Source of the DNA: Octopus sinensis
Lineage: Eukaryota
NCBI RefSeq assembly: GCF_006345805.1
Contig: NC_042997.1
Coordinates: 26,536,001-26,600,000 of the forward strand
DNA: 64,000 nt
Direction: 5' to 3'
A model generated the notes under the pieces. The model searched no databases. It had not been told where the DNA came from and saw nothing but the letters and a program-made list of their open reading frames with translations. This document shows, piece after piece, positions 24,043 to 37,484 of the stretch (the first letter of the stretch is position 1; each line of letters opens with the position of its first letter). A program made the position numbers and the translations under genes.

Positions 24043-24540
24043 GAGTGAGAGAGCACTCCATGCCATCAAAGTGACACTGGGGTAAAATATACGAAGCCCA
24101 ATATACCCATCATGACTACCCGTCTGATAAAGGTACACCAGGCACATGCATCACAATCATATGTGCGCGACATGATGATCTCATATCAAGATAAACAGCA
24201 CATGACCTTGCAGGTGTGGCCCAGTTAGAATTTTCTTCAGGTTGAGTAGCCCATCCCGCTCAAACGGTCCCTGAATAAGGGTTGTTTAAGGATGTTGAAA
24301 GAACCACCCATGTTTCCAGAGGTGAATTATTCAAACCCCAAAGAATCCCTCTCAACACATGGCTATGATGCTCCCCCACTACTTCTGCTCGTGATCAGAG
24401 ATGCACATATCGTCAGCCACTAAGGGACATGCTCAACTGGTTAAGGTCAAACAACTGACAAGCAAATCTGTGGTATTGAGCAGAATATTTGCTGTAGCCC
24501 ATCTTTTATACCAAGACAAAACAATGTACATGATAACACT

Positions 24541-24542
<2 letters not shown>
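24043..24542 (-). mobile_element. Family E, copy 4 (longest, ~500 bp)
   Basis: Flanked by (ATT)n at 23926-24042 and 24543-24695; no coding capacity or tRNA head seen. Confidence 0.88.
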
Positions 24543-24622
<80 letters not shown>

Positions 24623-24646
24623 TACTATTATTATTATTACTATTAC

Positions 24647-24695
<49 letters not shown>

Positions 24696-24696
<1 letters not shown>

Positions 24697-25162
24697 GGAA
24701 CCGTTTAGCATCGCACGCTCGGTCCGTCAGACTAAAGTGACACTTGTTTACTGATCGTGCTTCAAGAACCCACCGGAGTACAATTACTCTTCCAAGTAAT
24801 GATGATTTTTGCAGAGGTTCTATCTTTACATTTTGTACCAGTCTTTTTGGACCATGTTGGTAGTTGAGTGCCGATTCACCCAAGCGTGCCAACAACTGTC
24901 GATATCACATCCACTCTCTTCATTGCACACAACCTGCCTAATTCCCACTTCAATTCATCATAGTTGTTCACTTCGACCCTGTTGTCATTAGGACATGCTA
25001 TGTCGATTATCAGGCATGTTTTTGTTTTTCTTTTTCTGTTCAGTATAGCTGTGTCGGGTTTCCTGTGTGTGATCTGATGGTCGCACTGAATCATTACATT
25101 CTACAGGATTTCGCCATATTCATTCTCGGTAACTCCTGAGATTTGATCATACCATGTCTTTG
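24696..25162 (-). mobile_element. R4/Dong-type retrotransposon 3' end with short UTR and (AAT)n tail
   Basis: KTWYDQISGVTENEYGEIL*NVMIQCDHQITHRKPD...LIIDIACP...VGTLG...LQKSSLLG...LRWVLEA, then ~70 nt and (AAT)n; 5' junction in (AAG)n. Confidence 0.9.
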
Positions 25163-25182
25163 ATCTTCTTCTTCTTCTTCTT

Positions 25183-25215
<33 letters not shown>

Positions 25216-25229
25216 GCTGTTGTCGTTGT

Positions 25230-25294
<65 letters not shown>

Positions 25295-25343
25295 CCATCA
25301 TCACCATCATCATCATAATTATTAATATTATTAAGGCAGCGAA

Positions 25344-25565
25344 AGGCGGTGACCTGGCGGAATCGTTAACACGCCGAGTGAAATGCTTTGCGGTATTTCG
25401 TCTGTCACTACGTTCTGAGCTCAAATTCCGCCGAGGTCGAGCTTGCATTTCATCCCATCGCGATCGATTAAATAAGTACCAGTTATGCACTGGGGTCCAT
25501 GTAAATAACTTAATCTCTTCCCCAAAATTTCAGGCCTTGTGCCTACAGTTGGAAGAATTATTAAA
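25344..25565 (+). mobile_element. SINE family B monomer, type II tail
   Basis: Family B head and core, ending CCCAAAATTTCAGGCCTTGTGCC...GAATTATT. Confidence 0.85.
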
Positions 25566-25980
25566 GTGGCGAGCTGGCAGAATCGTTAGCAAGCCGGGCG
25601 AAATACTTAGCGGTATTTCGTCTGTCTTTACGTTCTTAGTTCAAATTCCGTCGAGATCGACTTTGCCTTTTATCCTTTCGTGGTCGATAACTTAAGTACC
25701 AGTTAAGCACTGTGGTCGATGTAATCGACTTAATCCGTTTGTTTGTCCTTGTTTGTTTCCTCTATGTTTAGCCCCTTGTGTGTAATAAAGAAATAGGCAT
25801 TTCGTCTGCCTCTATGTTCTGGGTTCAAATTCCTCCGAGGTCGACTTTGCCTTTCATCCTTCTGGGGTCGATAAATTAAGTACTAGTTGCGTACTAGTGT
25901 CGATTTAGACGATTGGCCCCCCCTCCGCCAAAATTTCGGGCATTGTGCCTAGAATAGAAGAGATTATTATTATAATCATT
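25566..25980 (+). mobile_element. SINE family B dimer (head + two core units, 184-bp period)
   Basis: Core units start at 25613 and 25797; the second ends in a type II tail with (ATT)n. Confidence 0.85.
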
Positions 25981-26524
25981 ATACATTTGTATTTCAAACA
26001 TATGTTTTAGATTCATTTAGAAAAAATAGGAAAGCACAGTTTCTCTCAAAGTCAAACTTAAAATACAACTATTCGTTTTATATGTATGTAAAAATAAATA
26101 ATGGCAAAATGAAAAGAAGTTATTTCTCTTTTTTGTTTTCTCATAGTAAACGACTGTCGTAATTTTCTTCATCCAGCCAGTATAGCTAAACATGAAATAA
26201 ATAGATGACTATATTTTGTTTAGTTTATGTCATTCTTTGATTGTTTAAGTGCCTGCTCAAATAGCTCAGAGGTTGTACAAAGTCGGATTGTTTCCAATCA
26301 ATGATTCGAAAATAATATTGTTTTTTTTTTCTAGTTTCTTTTAGATATTGAAATTCTGATTCACTTTTCTTTTAGTTTTTTTTGTATTTTTGTTTTTAAC
26401 AAGTTCTTTATTTCGATATATATATATATATATATACTAGGCAAACTATATATATATATATACTAGGCAAACTATATATATATATATATATATATATACA
26501 TAAATATATACGTATATATATATG

Positions 26525-26598
<74 letters not shown>

Positions 26599-27900
26599 TA
26601 TATACATATTTATATATGGGGGAGGGGCTTGTGTGTTTGTTTCAGTGTCTGTGCGTGTCTGTGTGTGAATGTGTATAAAGGAAATCAGATACACAAAGAG
26701 AATATCGTATTCACGTAAAACAAGATGCAATAGAAACAAAGCCCCAACGCAATCGTTTATAGTAGCATTTTTTCTTTTAGATGTTGTTGGATATGTGCAA
26801 AATGCATTCAAGCCTTAAGTAAAAATAAAATAAAAAGAAAATGCCATTTTCTTTTGTGTATATTCTTTAACATTTTGATTGTCAAAAATTCATCCCGATT
26901 ATTTAATGAAATAGGAGGAGCCCTACATAATCCCTTTTTTTTCTTTTGTTATCGACTAGGATACGATCATTTATTGATTTCCCACTTAAGCTGAAGACAG
27001 CAGTTTTAAAGAGAAGGGAAAAGTGTACATTTCACGACATTCATCTCTTTCAACAACAAGGGCATTAGCGAAGGGGAATATCGAAAAATATCTCATGTTA
27101 TATTTGATAATAGTTTTTGTTCAAAAGGAGAAAATAAATTGGTGATTTTTAATTCCTAGTCTGTTATCAAATATGATAAAAAGCAAGGTTTAGATCATGA
27201 CTGATGCATTCAAGAGAACACAGCGATAATACGACTGATTACAAGTTATGTCCTGTTACATTGGCTGATTTGACTTATTTCTTCTCAGGAAACATGCTTA
27301 TTACAGACAAACAACAAAAACTTAGCTCTTTTAGATCAAAAACGGAAATGATTTCTTATACAAACACTCGCTACACCTACCTGGTAGTTCCGAAAGGCCA
27401 ATTTTGTTATATTTGTTATATTCTTATCTGATTTCTGCTTGGTTGGACGTTTGTATAACTTGCCAATTAGCTTTTCTTAGAGCTGTTTCGTTACTGCTGT
27501 TTTTGTTGTTGTTGTTGTTGTTACTGCCTCTGCTGTTGTTATTGTTGTTATTGTTGGTGGTGGATTTAGTAATGAAGAGGATGAGGTTAACCCTCGGTCA
27601 GCTCTGAATTAGAGACTTCAGTTTTTTAAGAGATTAGAAGTTATCAAAGTATCGGTGTGTGGATATAATTTGATAGTTAGAACGCGGTTGGGTTAAAGGA
27701 TGTATGTGGCCGACGAAAAATGAATTAAGGTCAGGACTATCAAGTATTCTTTTCAGGCTATATTATTCATTGTACCCTCTCTGTTTGAGGTGGGAGACAG
27801 AGTAATACGAATATCTAGCTGCTATTTTTAGAAAGTATTGTGACCTTGTATAAGATTCTGCTTTGGCTCAGAATTTCCATGTTCCTATGTGTTGTGTGTA

Positions 27901-28190
27901 GTGGAGGCACATGGTCTAGTAGGTAGAGTAGAGGACACACGGTCGAGGTATCGCGGGTTCGAATCTCAGACCGGGCGATGTGTGTGTTTATGAGCGAAAC
28001 ACCTAAGCTCCACGCGGCTCCGGCAGAAGGTAATGGCGAACTTCTGCTGACTTTTTCGGCACAACTTTCTCTCACTCTTTCTTCCTGCATCTTGCAGCTC
28101 ACTTGCGTCGGACTGGTGTCCCGGCCAGGTAGGGAACCTATACGCCAAAGAAACCGGGAAACCGGTCCTATGATCCAAAGAACAAACAAC
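27901..28190 (+). mobile_element. SINE family D with 13-bp TSD
   Basis: ATGTGTTGTGTGT at 27887-27899 and 28191-28203. Confidence 0.88.
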
Positions 28191-29309
28191 ATGTGTTGTG
28201 TGTGCTACTATCAATCACTGTTCTTATATGAAGCATACTTTTCTTGATATAGTACATATATTCGATTCCTGTTTTTCAATCTCTGTTATCAGCAATTCCA
28301 GAAATATTTGGTTAAATTCGTCTCTCCTTTAATTATCATTGAGATATTTTGCTAAAACTTATCGAAGTTTTTCAGTATTTTCTCATTTGTAATTAAACTT
28401 TATAATAGCATTTGCATTATTCTCGTTTTAAAATATTTCTCAAATCATTGAACATGTGGAATCTTAAGATTGTTGAACAGAATGCTTTGCAGTTTTTTTT
28501 TGTTTTTTTTGTTACAAATACTTGTATTCTGAATTCAGTTTCCTCCGAAGTAACCGTTACCTTTCTTCTTTTGTTGGTTAGGATTCAATATAACAAAATA
28601 CCGGTCAGTTACTCCGGTTGATTTAATTGTCTATACCTTCTCCACAAATTCGTGGCCTTGTGCCAGTGGCAGAGATGTGTATTTCGTCGTTCTTGATGGG
28701 AATCTGTATGTTTGGCTTTTTCTTTTCCACCTCCACATATTTGTCAGCGACTAATTTACTTACTTCGTTGATACAATCTTTCTTGAAATTGCCTTACTCT
28801 TTGTTACCTCAAACTCTCGCTTCTTCTCCTATCTTTCTCACTCACCTTTTGCTCCACACTCACACTATTACTCGTTCTCTTTCCCTCTTTCTCCCTCACT
28901 CTCTCATTACTTACTCTATTTCAATGTGCAGAACATTTTTCATCTATATTTATAACCTTTTTTTTAATATTTAAAATCTATCTTAATTATAATTTCAAAT
29001 CACTTCGACATTTATGCTTTTTGCCTTCAATCGTTTTTCTTTGCTTTCTATCAACGTTTTTTCAACTCAAACGCCTTCAGATAATTAACGTTTGTCTTTT
29101 TAGATGCAAGGAAAACTTTTACTGAGCTTTTAGAGAAATCACTTTCTGTGAGATGTGGTTCTACAGCTGCAGTGAATACAGCGTATCCAATACTTTGACA
29201 ATTTTAAGACGTATATGACTATTACAATTTGGATAACCTATGATTGAAGCCATGATGCTTTTTAGAGTCAGCAGATCATTAAAGATTTCGCACGCGGAGG
29301 AGATGAAAG

Positions 29310-29450
29310 AGGGACAACTGAAGAAGGGGAATATTCTTTATGCTCGTTTCTCTGTTTGTTTTTTCGTTGTTCGAAAAAAAGTTCGTTTCTATGTTTTTGT
29401 TTTTATGTTTTCGTTTCTCATTGTGTTCAACTTTTTTTTGATGTTCTGTA
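29310..29450 (+). mobile_element. Unclassified repeat (GGGACAACTGAAGAAGGGG family), copy 2
   Basis: Aligns with 13215-13360. Confidence 0.55.
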
Positions 29451-32400
29451 CCCATATATGCATGTATATATACATATATATGTAGGCATGTACATATATG
29501 TATGTATATATGCATATATTTATATATTATTTATATTATTATATGATCGAACGCTACACATCCTTTTCCAAGTAAGTTTTATACAAGGCACTCGATTTGA
29601 CATAACGTAGCTTTTTGGTGGTTTACGTTCGACTCTACCTTTCACTGAATCATGCCTATTGTGTCACAGTATTCTGACACTAAACCATTCCAGTAGGGCT
29701 CTACTGCAAGATAGCATAGTGATCCCAACTCATAAGGAACATATTAAAGCAACCATAATAAGGTGTCACCTTCCTCTACCTTATGTTAAATGTTGTTTTC
29801 AGCAAGCTCAGGATTTCAATAGTTATACGCGAAGCCAATGACTTCAATAGGAACTATTCACAGGTATCAAAATAGTTTTCCCAACTCACTGTCTCGAAAT
29901 CAATGAAATATTTTCAGAATAATAGTGATCGATTCTCTCGAAGACACACTGACATTGATCTCTCCTCTCACCTTTTCATAACAGCCAATCAAGTAAAACA
30001 AAAGGTAATTTCTTTCTGAAAGACACATCTTTCATCTTCTATCTCTAACCTATTTTTCCTGTTACGTTTTATATTTCATCTGAAAAGACATATATCAGCT
30101 TTAAAGACTTATATATCAGCTAAAAAAACTTATAGTTTCTCTGGTTCAATGTCTCTTTCCCATTTCGCTAAATTTATTTGATGCTTCTGTAGCTCTCTGA
30201 TCTATTACTATTGTCTGAACATTGTTCGTCTAGCTTTGAGGTTATTTATCTCAACTCATATCACTTTGAAGTCAACACCCTCTGTTTCTTCAAGGAAAAC
30301 AACCCTGCTCAGACATTCACCTTCCCAGGCACAGCTAGTACTAACATAAAGGTTTAATGATTTGCTTTCCTAAACTTATTATCACTTGTTTCTCTAATCG
30401 AAATTCTAAGCGGGTTTGAGCAAATTTTCATTTTCAAACCTAATGTTTGTGCAGCGCGTTACTCATTCGATCACCTGGCATCTGTTGAATGAAGAAAACA
30501 CAGATCACCATTTCGTACCGCACAACGAGTTCTGATCCTGAAATTTATAATTTAAGTAATACTTCAAGTCTTATAACTGGTTGGAATACCACTAGCTCTC
30601 TGTTACTATTCTTGATGATATTTCGATTGATTGCATTAATAGTTATCGTTGTAGACAATGTCAGTGTCGCGTTTTGTCATTTGTATGTCAAATGCAATGA
30701 CAAAATAAATTATTGCAGTAAGACATCAAGACAGTGGTGTGCAGAAATGACATTTTGAAGAATGACACACCTTTTAGTATTTTGTATTTAGATCAGGTTT
30801 TTACGGCCTTAATTTACAACATTCCGGTTTCCGCTCTGCCTATCACTCCTCTCGGTTTGATGGTTTCTTAATCTTTTTCCCATTTCTTGAGTTCTGAGTT
30901 CAAATTATGCCTGGGTCAACTTCGTCTTTTATTTTTCCTGGAGCAATAAATAAGTTATCTGTATAGGGTGAAGAAACTGGTGGATAGGTTCGAGCATCTG
31001 AAACGATATCTTGGGGTATTTGTTTTTGAGTTCAAATCCTGAAACGGTAGTATGCTTAATCTGTCGCTCAGTTCACCATCACCATCTGCTCCGTCGATGA
31101 CTTTAGCCGATTCTATTCTTTTGCGAACATTCTGGCAAGCTCTCCGATTTCAAGAGTCCACCCTCCTCCACTAGTCTCCGAGGCCTTCGAAACAGTTATG
31201 GATATTATCATTCCTTCCTGACTAAGCGATAAAAAAACCCTTATGCTCATCATTCTAACTAATCACATACAGATAAATGCATGATCCATAATCTCCTCCT
31301 ACGTCTTGTACATTCTTATTACAATGAAATTCCATAGCAATCAACAACAAAGTGATTTATAAACAGATACGCTGCAGCTGTAGCTGAACAGGAAATTGCT
31401 TACAACACTTAATGGATATCACAAAGTATTAGTAACTACATGAGTTTACATAACATGATTGCATCTATTACAAGAACGTCTGGCAAAATCAGAAACATCG
31501 CATTATGTCACACATGCGAGTCAACTCATCAGCTCCACTCATCTCCACTGTTTGTAGGTTTTCCTTTTGTTTTCACAGTTGTTACATACACATCTATATG
31601 TTTGTTTAACTTAAGAAAATTTAGTTACGTGCACCTCATCTCACACGAATCACCTCATAAAAGAAAGAAAACATTGTCTATATAGTTCTATAGAAAGATA
31701 AAAATGGGATAGTGAGGACTTTTGTGGTAGACGTTTATGATCCCAAATAGTAATCAATTCCGTGTCAGCACTCCTTCAAATAGTATAACTATTTGCTGGC
31801 TATCGTCCACAAACTCTTCAGGGATTTGCTCAACAGGCGATGAGTAAATTTTCACAATAAATACAACATAGCTGGCTATACTGCATATTCTTTACTAAAA
31901 CAATAAACCTAGTCATTGAAATAGTTTAATATGGTATTTCCTTTAATAGCACAAAGAAAATCGAACTGCGCCATTCCATTCATATAGAAAGTCAGGACAC
32001 TTTAGTACTTTTGATTCCTACACATCAAATTACATGCGAATACTGTAATATGGATATCATATCAGTTTAAAAATTTAAGCATATACAGAATCACATAGAA
32101 AAGAACACACATATGTGAATGTGTGTGTGGCAGCATGAGTAAGTTTGTGTGCTCATGTGTGAGTATGGTGACTACACAACACACAAGTTCTCATACCCAT
32201 ATCGTAATTCGTCTAACTGAATTATTTACGCACTGAGTATGTTCTGCAATTAAATGGAAATTAGCTGAAACTATGGCAAATTACTATGTGGACTAAAGAA
32301 TCGGGAATAACGAATTTCAGATTCAAAGAAAATATGCCTCTATATAATTTAGGCCATATCATCCGGGACATCCAGATGGTTCTATGGTAGTTACTTTCTT

Positions 32401-32936
32401 CACCAAGTATTGTCGCCTAAATATAATATATATATAGTAGTCAGCCGGAACATATACGTAGAATGAAATATGCATGATTGTAAATAACAGACAAAAATGA
32501 TGGAGTCCATGAAAATATCACAAGAATATTCTACTGGAAAGGGTACTAGGTTAGATGAGTTTATATGGCAACATGACACACGAGAACCAGTAAATCGCAT
32601 CCTAATTCGTCTAAACGAACACTTATTTATTTGCAGAGATAGAAATTAGTTGGGGATATGATCACTGTCTATGCAAACAAACAAAAAGGAAGCAATTAAT
32701 CTTGAATACACCTATACAAGAAAATGTGTTTACTGTATGGTAAACACATACATACACATATGTGTACGTACACGCGCACACACACATATTTGTATATGAA
32801 TCTACATTTCATTATTTCTTCTTTACGAATATAGTAGCATTTCTTTCAACATCAGGGTAAAAATCGATGATAATCATATCTCTTTTCATTTCAGATCACT
32901 CAGCTGTTCAACACTTACGTCTCTATAGTTCCCCGC

Positions 32937-32983
<47 letters not shown>

Positions 32984-33574
32984 ATTCTATGATGTTTCCG
33001 TTACTTTTCTTTTTTAAGATTTACTTTATTAATAATTCTTTGTGAGAGGTTCTGTTAGAAGAGTCGATAGGGTTATTGGCCATCAAATCAAAGTTGACTT
33101 AGCTCCTATCATATCACTTATTTCGTTGAGTTTCATTGGGGAAAAAATTAATCTCTCAATAATTCAGTTTATCTAGTTCAGAAGCTATGAAAAATTCGCT
33201 TCCCTGTTATGGACATCAGCGGGTGTTGCACAGTATACTTTCCAAATTGAGTTTTAGTGTGCAATTATCGGATCAAACACAGCCTTGATCTAAAAAAAAA
33301 AAGAAAGCGAAGCAGAAAAAATTACAGCAATAATATATACATACATGATTATGAAATATCAATGTATATAAAGGTGTATTTGATATTTCAAAGTCAGTTC
33401 TCCAATTCTAGCTTCTTCACACTTTACTTATATCCTACCGTACATTTCTAACACTCTCGCGCCACCTCTCTTCTCTCGGGCTCATCACACTCCGGCATGT
33501 TCATTCATTCATCCTTTGTCTTGACTTCAAATACTAGTGATAAAATTATCTTCTTCGTTTCCTAGTTTCCTTCT

Positions 33575-33628
33575 CTTTCCTCTAACACTCACTCTCAGAT
33601 ATCGGGTAGGGACCCGGAACATAAGATG
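33575..33628 (+). ncRNA. Decayed hammerhead relic of the 52.1/62.9-kb family
   Basis: TTTCCTCTAACAC..CTCT-CAGATAT-C-GGGT AGGG ACCC-G-GAAC-ATA-AGAT parallels TTTCCTCTCACAC-CGTCT-CCGATGA-A-GGGAT..ATCC(C/T)-G-GAAAC-AGCT-GTA-AGA(C/T); core is mutated. Confidence 0.35.
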
Positions 33629-34230
33629 TTTCACTCTTCACGGCAACTGAGCACATTGAACAACTTCTCACATTTTCGGAGCTCTCCTATGGGTTCAAAC
33701 ATTTCGATATAGAGCATCCCCAATATGATGTCAGCAATTAACCAATTTAAACTTAAACAAGATGATGCCTCGTTGAATTAAAACATTGTTGGTGACAGAC
33801 TCTACGTAATATTTCATCATTTGAGTAACACAAGAAGAATTACCCTGTCCAAAATAAACCCTGAGAGTATAAGAGGCACCAGTTTTTATTATATAGCGAT
33901 ATTTAATACAATTACTCTGTTCTGTATAGAGGGTTATAGAATTTTTCTGAATATCTAATATTAAATGAGTTTACATCAAACGTAACATATTTAACATATT
34001 CTGGTCATGTTTTGAACAAGTCTGCGATCATTCAATGACAATAGTAAGATAATTGAGACTAAAACTATATATGGATATTTGCTAATGTATATCTATCTGT
34101 GTCTATCAATCTATCTACCTGTGTATACACACCCGCACACACACACACACGCACACACACACACATATATATATGTATATATATATATACAGAAATATAT
34201 GTATATACATATATATACATATATAAACAA

Positions 34231-34267
<37 letters not shown>

Positions 34268-34363
34268 ATAGCTATATGTATATGTATATAAATAAAATAT
34301 GTATGCATATATACGTACGTATATGTAGATACATCTATGCGTATATATATATATACATATATG

Positions 34364-34440
<77 letters not shown>

Positions 34441-34600
34441 GCGCAGGAGTGGCTGTGTGGTAAGTAGCTTGCTAACCAACCACATCGTTTCGGGTTCAGT
34501 CCCACTGCGTGGCATCTTGGGCAAGTGTCTTCTGCTATAGCCCCGGGCTGACCAATGCCTTGTGAGTGGATTGGTAGACGGAAACTGAAAGAAGCCTGTC

Positions 34601-34688
<88 letters not shown>

Positions 34689-34905
34689 CTTGTATGTCTG
34701 TGGTTGTCCCCCTAGCATCGCTTGACAACCGATGCTGGTGCGTTTACGTCCCCGTCACTTAGCGATTCGTCAAAAGAGACTGAGAAACAAGTACTGGGCT
34801 TACAAAGAATAAGCCCCAGGATCGATTTGCTCGACTAAAGTCGGTGCTCCAGCATGGCCGCAGTCAAAATGACTGAAACACATAAAAGAGTAAAAGAGTA
34901 AAAGA
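34441..34905 (+). mobile_element. SINE family A, full length
   Basis: GCGCAGGAGTGGCTGTGTGG head, expanded internal (TA)n(TG)n, GAGTAAAA tail. Confidence 0.9.
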
Positions 34906-34944
34906 TATATATATATATATATATATGCATATGTGGTCACAGGA

Positions 34945-35110
34945 CGTCACGATGTGCACAACAAAAAGATACGAATTACGAATACATGGAATATTAACTA
35001 TTTTTGAACAACGAAAACCACAAAAGGAAAACCAAACAATATAAAGAACGACCATTCATCAGTTGAGCATTTAACGACAATATACGCTTTCGGTAAAAGA
35101 GTTGCTCCTG
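34945..35110 (-). mobile_element. Unclassified repeat (CAACTGATGAATGG family), copy 3
   Basis: Reverse complement shares CTGATGA...TTTTCGTTGTT...TTCGTA order with the 13215 and 29310 copies. Confidence 0.45.
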
Positions 35111-35371
35111 TAAAGCAAATTAAATAAAATTTGGGATTTTGTGGAGGGTCAAAATTGGTAACACAAACAGGAGAGTGAAAACAAAGAGGAAGGGCTGCTA
35201 AGCCTAAACGGGGTTGTGGTGGCGAACGCGTAAATCAATACTTGGACAGGAGACAGACAAGAACATGTCCTCCTTGTTCCAGCGACAACGGAGAGAGTAA
35301 CACAAATTAGGAGAAGAAAGAAAGATGGCCGTTGGTCACGTGGGAACCACGTGAGCAAGAGAGGAGGAGTG

Positions 35372-35585
35372 AGTCACAGAGTAATAGGATAGGACAGTGG
35401 GAGAGAGAGTGACAGAGTAATAGGACAGAATAGTGGGAGAGAGTGACAGAGTAATAGGATAGAATAGTGGGAAAGAGTGACAGAGCAATAGGATGGAATA
35501 GTGAGGAAGAGAGAGTGACAGAGCAATATGATAGAATAGTGGGAAAGAGAGTGACAGAGTAATAGGATAGAATAGTAAGAGAAGA
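35372..35585. repeat. Minisatellite, ~6 units of ~32-35 bp (GAGAGAGTGACAGAGTAATAGGATAGAATAGTGG)
   Basis: Directly visible tandem units. Confidence 0.9.
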
Positions 35586-36419
35586 GGAGGTAAAAGTGTG
35601 AGAGGGAGAAAGGGATAAAAATTAATGAGTAAAATGATCGCATAGAGTGCGCATCAGAACTATTCAGATAAAACTTACTTGGAAGTGGATGCGTGGCGTT
35701 CAATCGTATAATAATATAAATGATATATATATCTATACTAAAATTAAAAGAAAATGGAGATTTACGATTGGCATATTTTAATTTGTTATTCTTCTTCTTA
35801 TTATTATTGATATTATTATTATTGATATTATTATTATATATTGATGTATGTGTGTGTATGTACGTGAGTGTAGATATATATATATATATCCACACACACA
35901 CATATATGTATGTATGTATTTAGGTATGTATGTATGTATGTATGTGTGTATGTATGTATGTATTTATGTATGTATGTATGTAAATATAATGTCAGAATAA
36001 TATTTGAAATGTGACACATGTGTTTCACCCGACTGTCAAAAATGGATGTCCCTTCATATGACAAAATATTTTGTGACCTTTCTAGTATTCAGGGATAAAA
36101 TAGGTTAAATGCAGATCAATAAGGATATCTCTGGAAATTCGAAATTTTTATCATACCTCATCATGAATCAGAAACAGAAAATGGATGATGACCAGACAAA
36201 GAAGTAAGAAATATTCAACACTCCGAATTTACTTTAATGTAAATATCAAGAAGACATTATTAAAATGGAAAGTTTTAGATAACATGGAGTATTCTTTGGT
36301 CTTGGAATCCTGCTAGAACCAACTGTTTTTGTTTGATACGCCTACGACTGTTTCCTATAGTGTTGGCAAATAATGAAAGTGGTCCGTGCAGATGTGTGTG
36401 GGTTTGGATGATGCTACAC

Positions 36420-36860
36420 ATACTTTCCAGTTTCCCACTGAGCCTGGCTATATGCAGATACATATGATGGCCTATTCATATTCGGTGCATCCAGGTTGTT
36501 GAGTGGGAGTATAGATGAAAGAATTAGATATCGGCGAATGGCCACAAATAAATGGATTTTTGTAAAGGTGTAAAGCTGTTTCGTAGGCTATGGCAACAGG
36601 GAAAATACCGTTCTACACTGCGGCCGAGGGAACTACAGACGATTCTATAAAATTGGCATTGGATTTAGCTTTTATTTATACAGTGTTACTTTTCTCAGTT
36701 CTAGGAGAATAGCAGTAGTCACGGTTGAGCGGACTTGCATTGCATATAGCGCAAAACATACAAGGCTACACAAACTGCAGGTAATCTTACTCTCACTCTA
36801 ATTCGAAAATATCAGTATCAATACTGAATTGCAGAAAGTTGTCATCGTCCACCACACAAA
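36420..36860 (+). pseudogene. Highly decayed non-LTR reverse transcriptase relic (CR1/Jockey-like)
   Basis: Frame from 36442 has one internal stop over ~120 codons; ENTVLHCG and KIGIG...TFLSSRRIAVV resemble RT motifs FD.VWH.GL and YGI.G...SFLS.R...VV (judged by eye). Confidence 0.35.
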
Positions 36861-37328
36861 TCACTGGAGATGTATCAATCAATCAGGGATGACAGGGGTT
36901 AAACAAACTCAATTTCTTGTATTATATCACCACATAATTTTGTTGACTGTGTTTTAATTAAAGCTAAGATTTTAAATCTACCCCAGTATACCTCTCTTTG
37001 GTATTTCCCATTAATAAAGGTAAAAGAGCTAGAAGCGCTGTATCTGGTAATCTAAAAACAGGGGCAACACTGGACAGATATGGTGTGTTTGCATATTTTA
37101 CCACAAGAGATAGATCTCTATCTCCACAGTAACTGCAGTTAATTTGGCTTAAGAATATGAAACGTTACTAACATATTTTAACTGGCCTAAATTTTGCTTA
37201 TGTCATGTGTGTATGTATATGTGTGTGCGTGCGTGTGCGCGCGTCTATTAGTATGTACATACATTCACATACATACATATATATATATGTACATATATAC
37301 GTGCATACATATACATACATAAGTGCAT

Positions 37329-37361
37329 ACTTACATACATACATACATACATACATACATG

Positions 37362-37445
<84 letters not shown>

Positions 37446-37453
37446 CATATAAG

Positions 37454-37484
<31 letters not shown>

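Noticed and set aside
21480-25980. CRISPR-like repeat/spacer appearance of the E and B arrays
   Set aside because: Eukaryotic context, units of 125-500 bp, spacers are microsatellites and there are no cas genes.
27270-27390. Acceptor-like CTGAT...TTCTTCTCAG followed by a short open frame
   Set aside because: Weak donor (CTG|GTAGTT) and no recognisable protein.
27475-27489. 15-nt match to the family H 3' half (GAAACAGCTCTAAGA, minus strand)
   Set aside because: No CUGANGA core or stem II upstream; flanks do not align.
31175-31203. GTCTCCGAGGCCTTCGAAACAGTT, hammerhead-like fragment
   Set aside because: Core incomplete and no valid stem III or cleavage triplet; likewise GAAAC-NNNN-GTA at 31041 and 36342-36353 lack any core.
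36577-36800. IAVVTVERTCIA resembling GPCR TM3
   Set aside because: Flanks lack hydrophobic TM helices and the same frame fits decayed RT motifs better.
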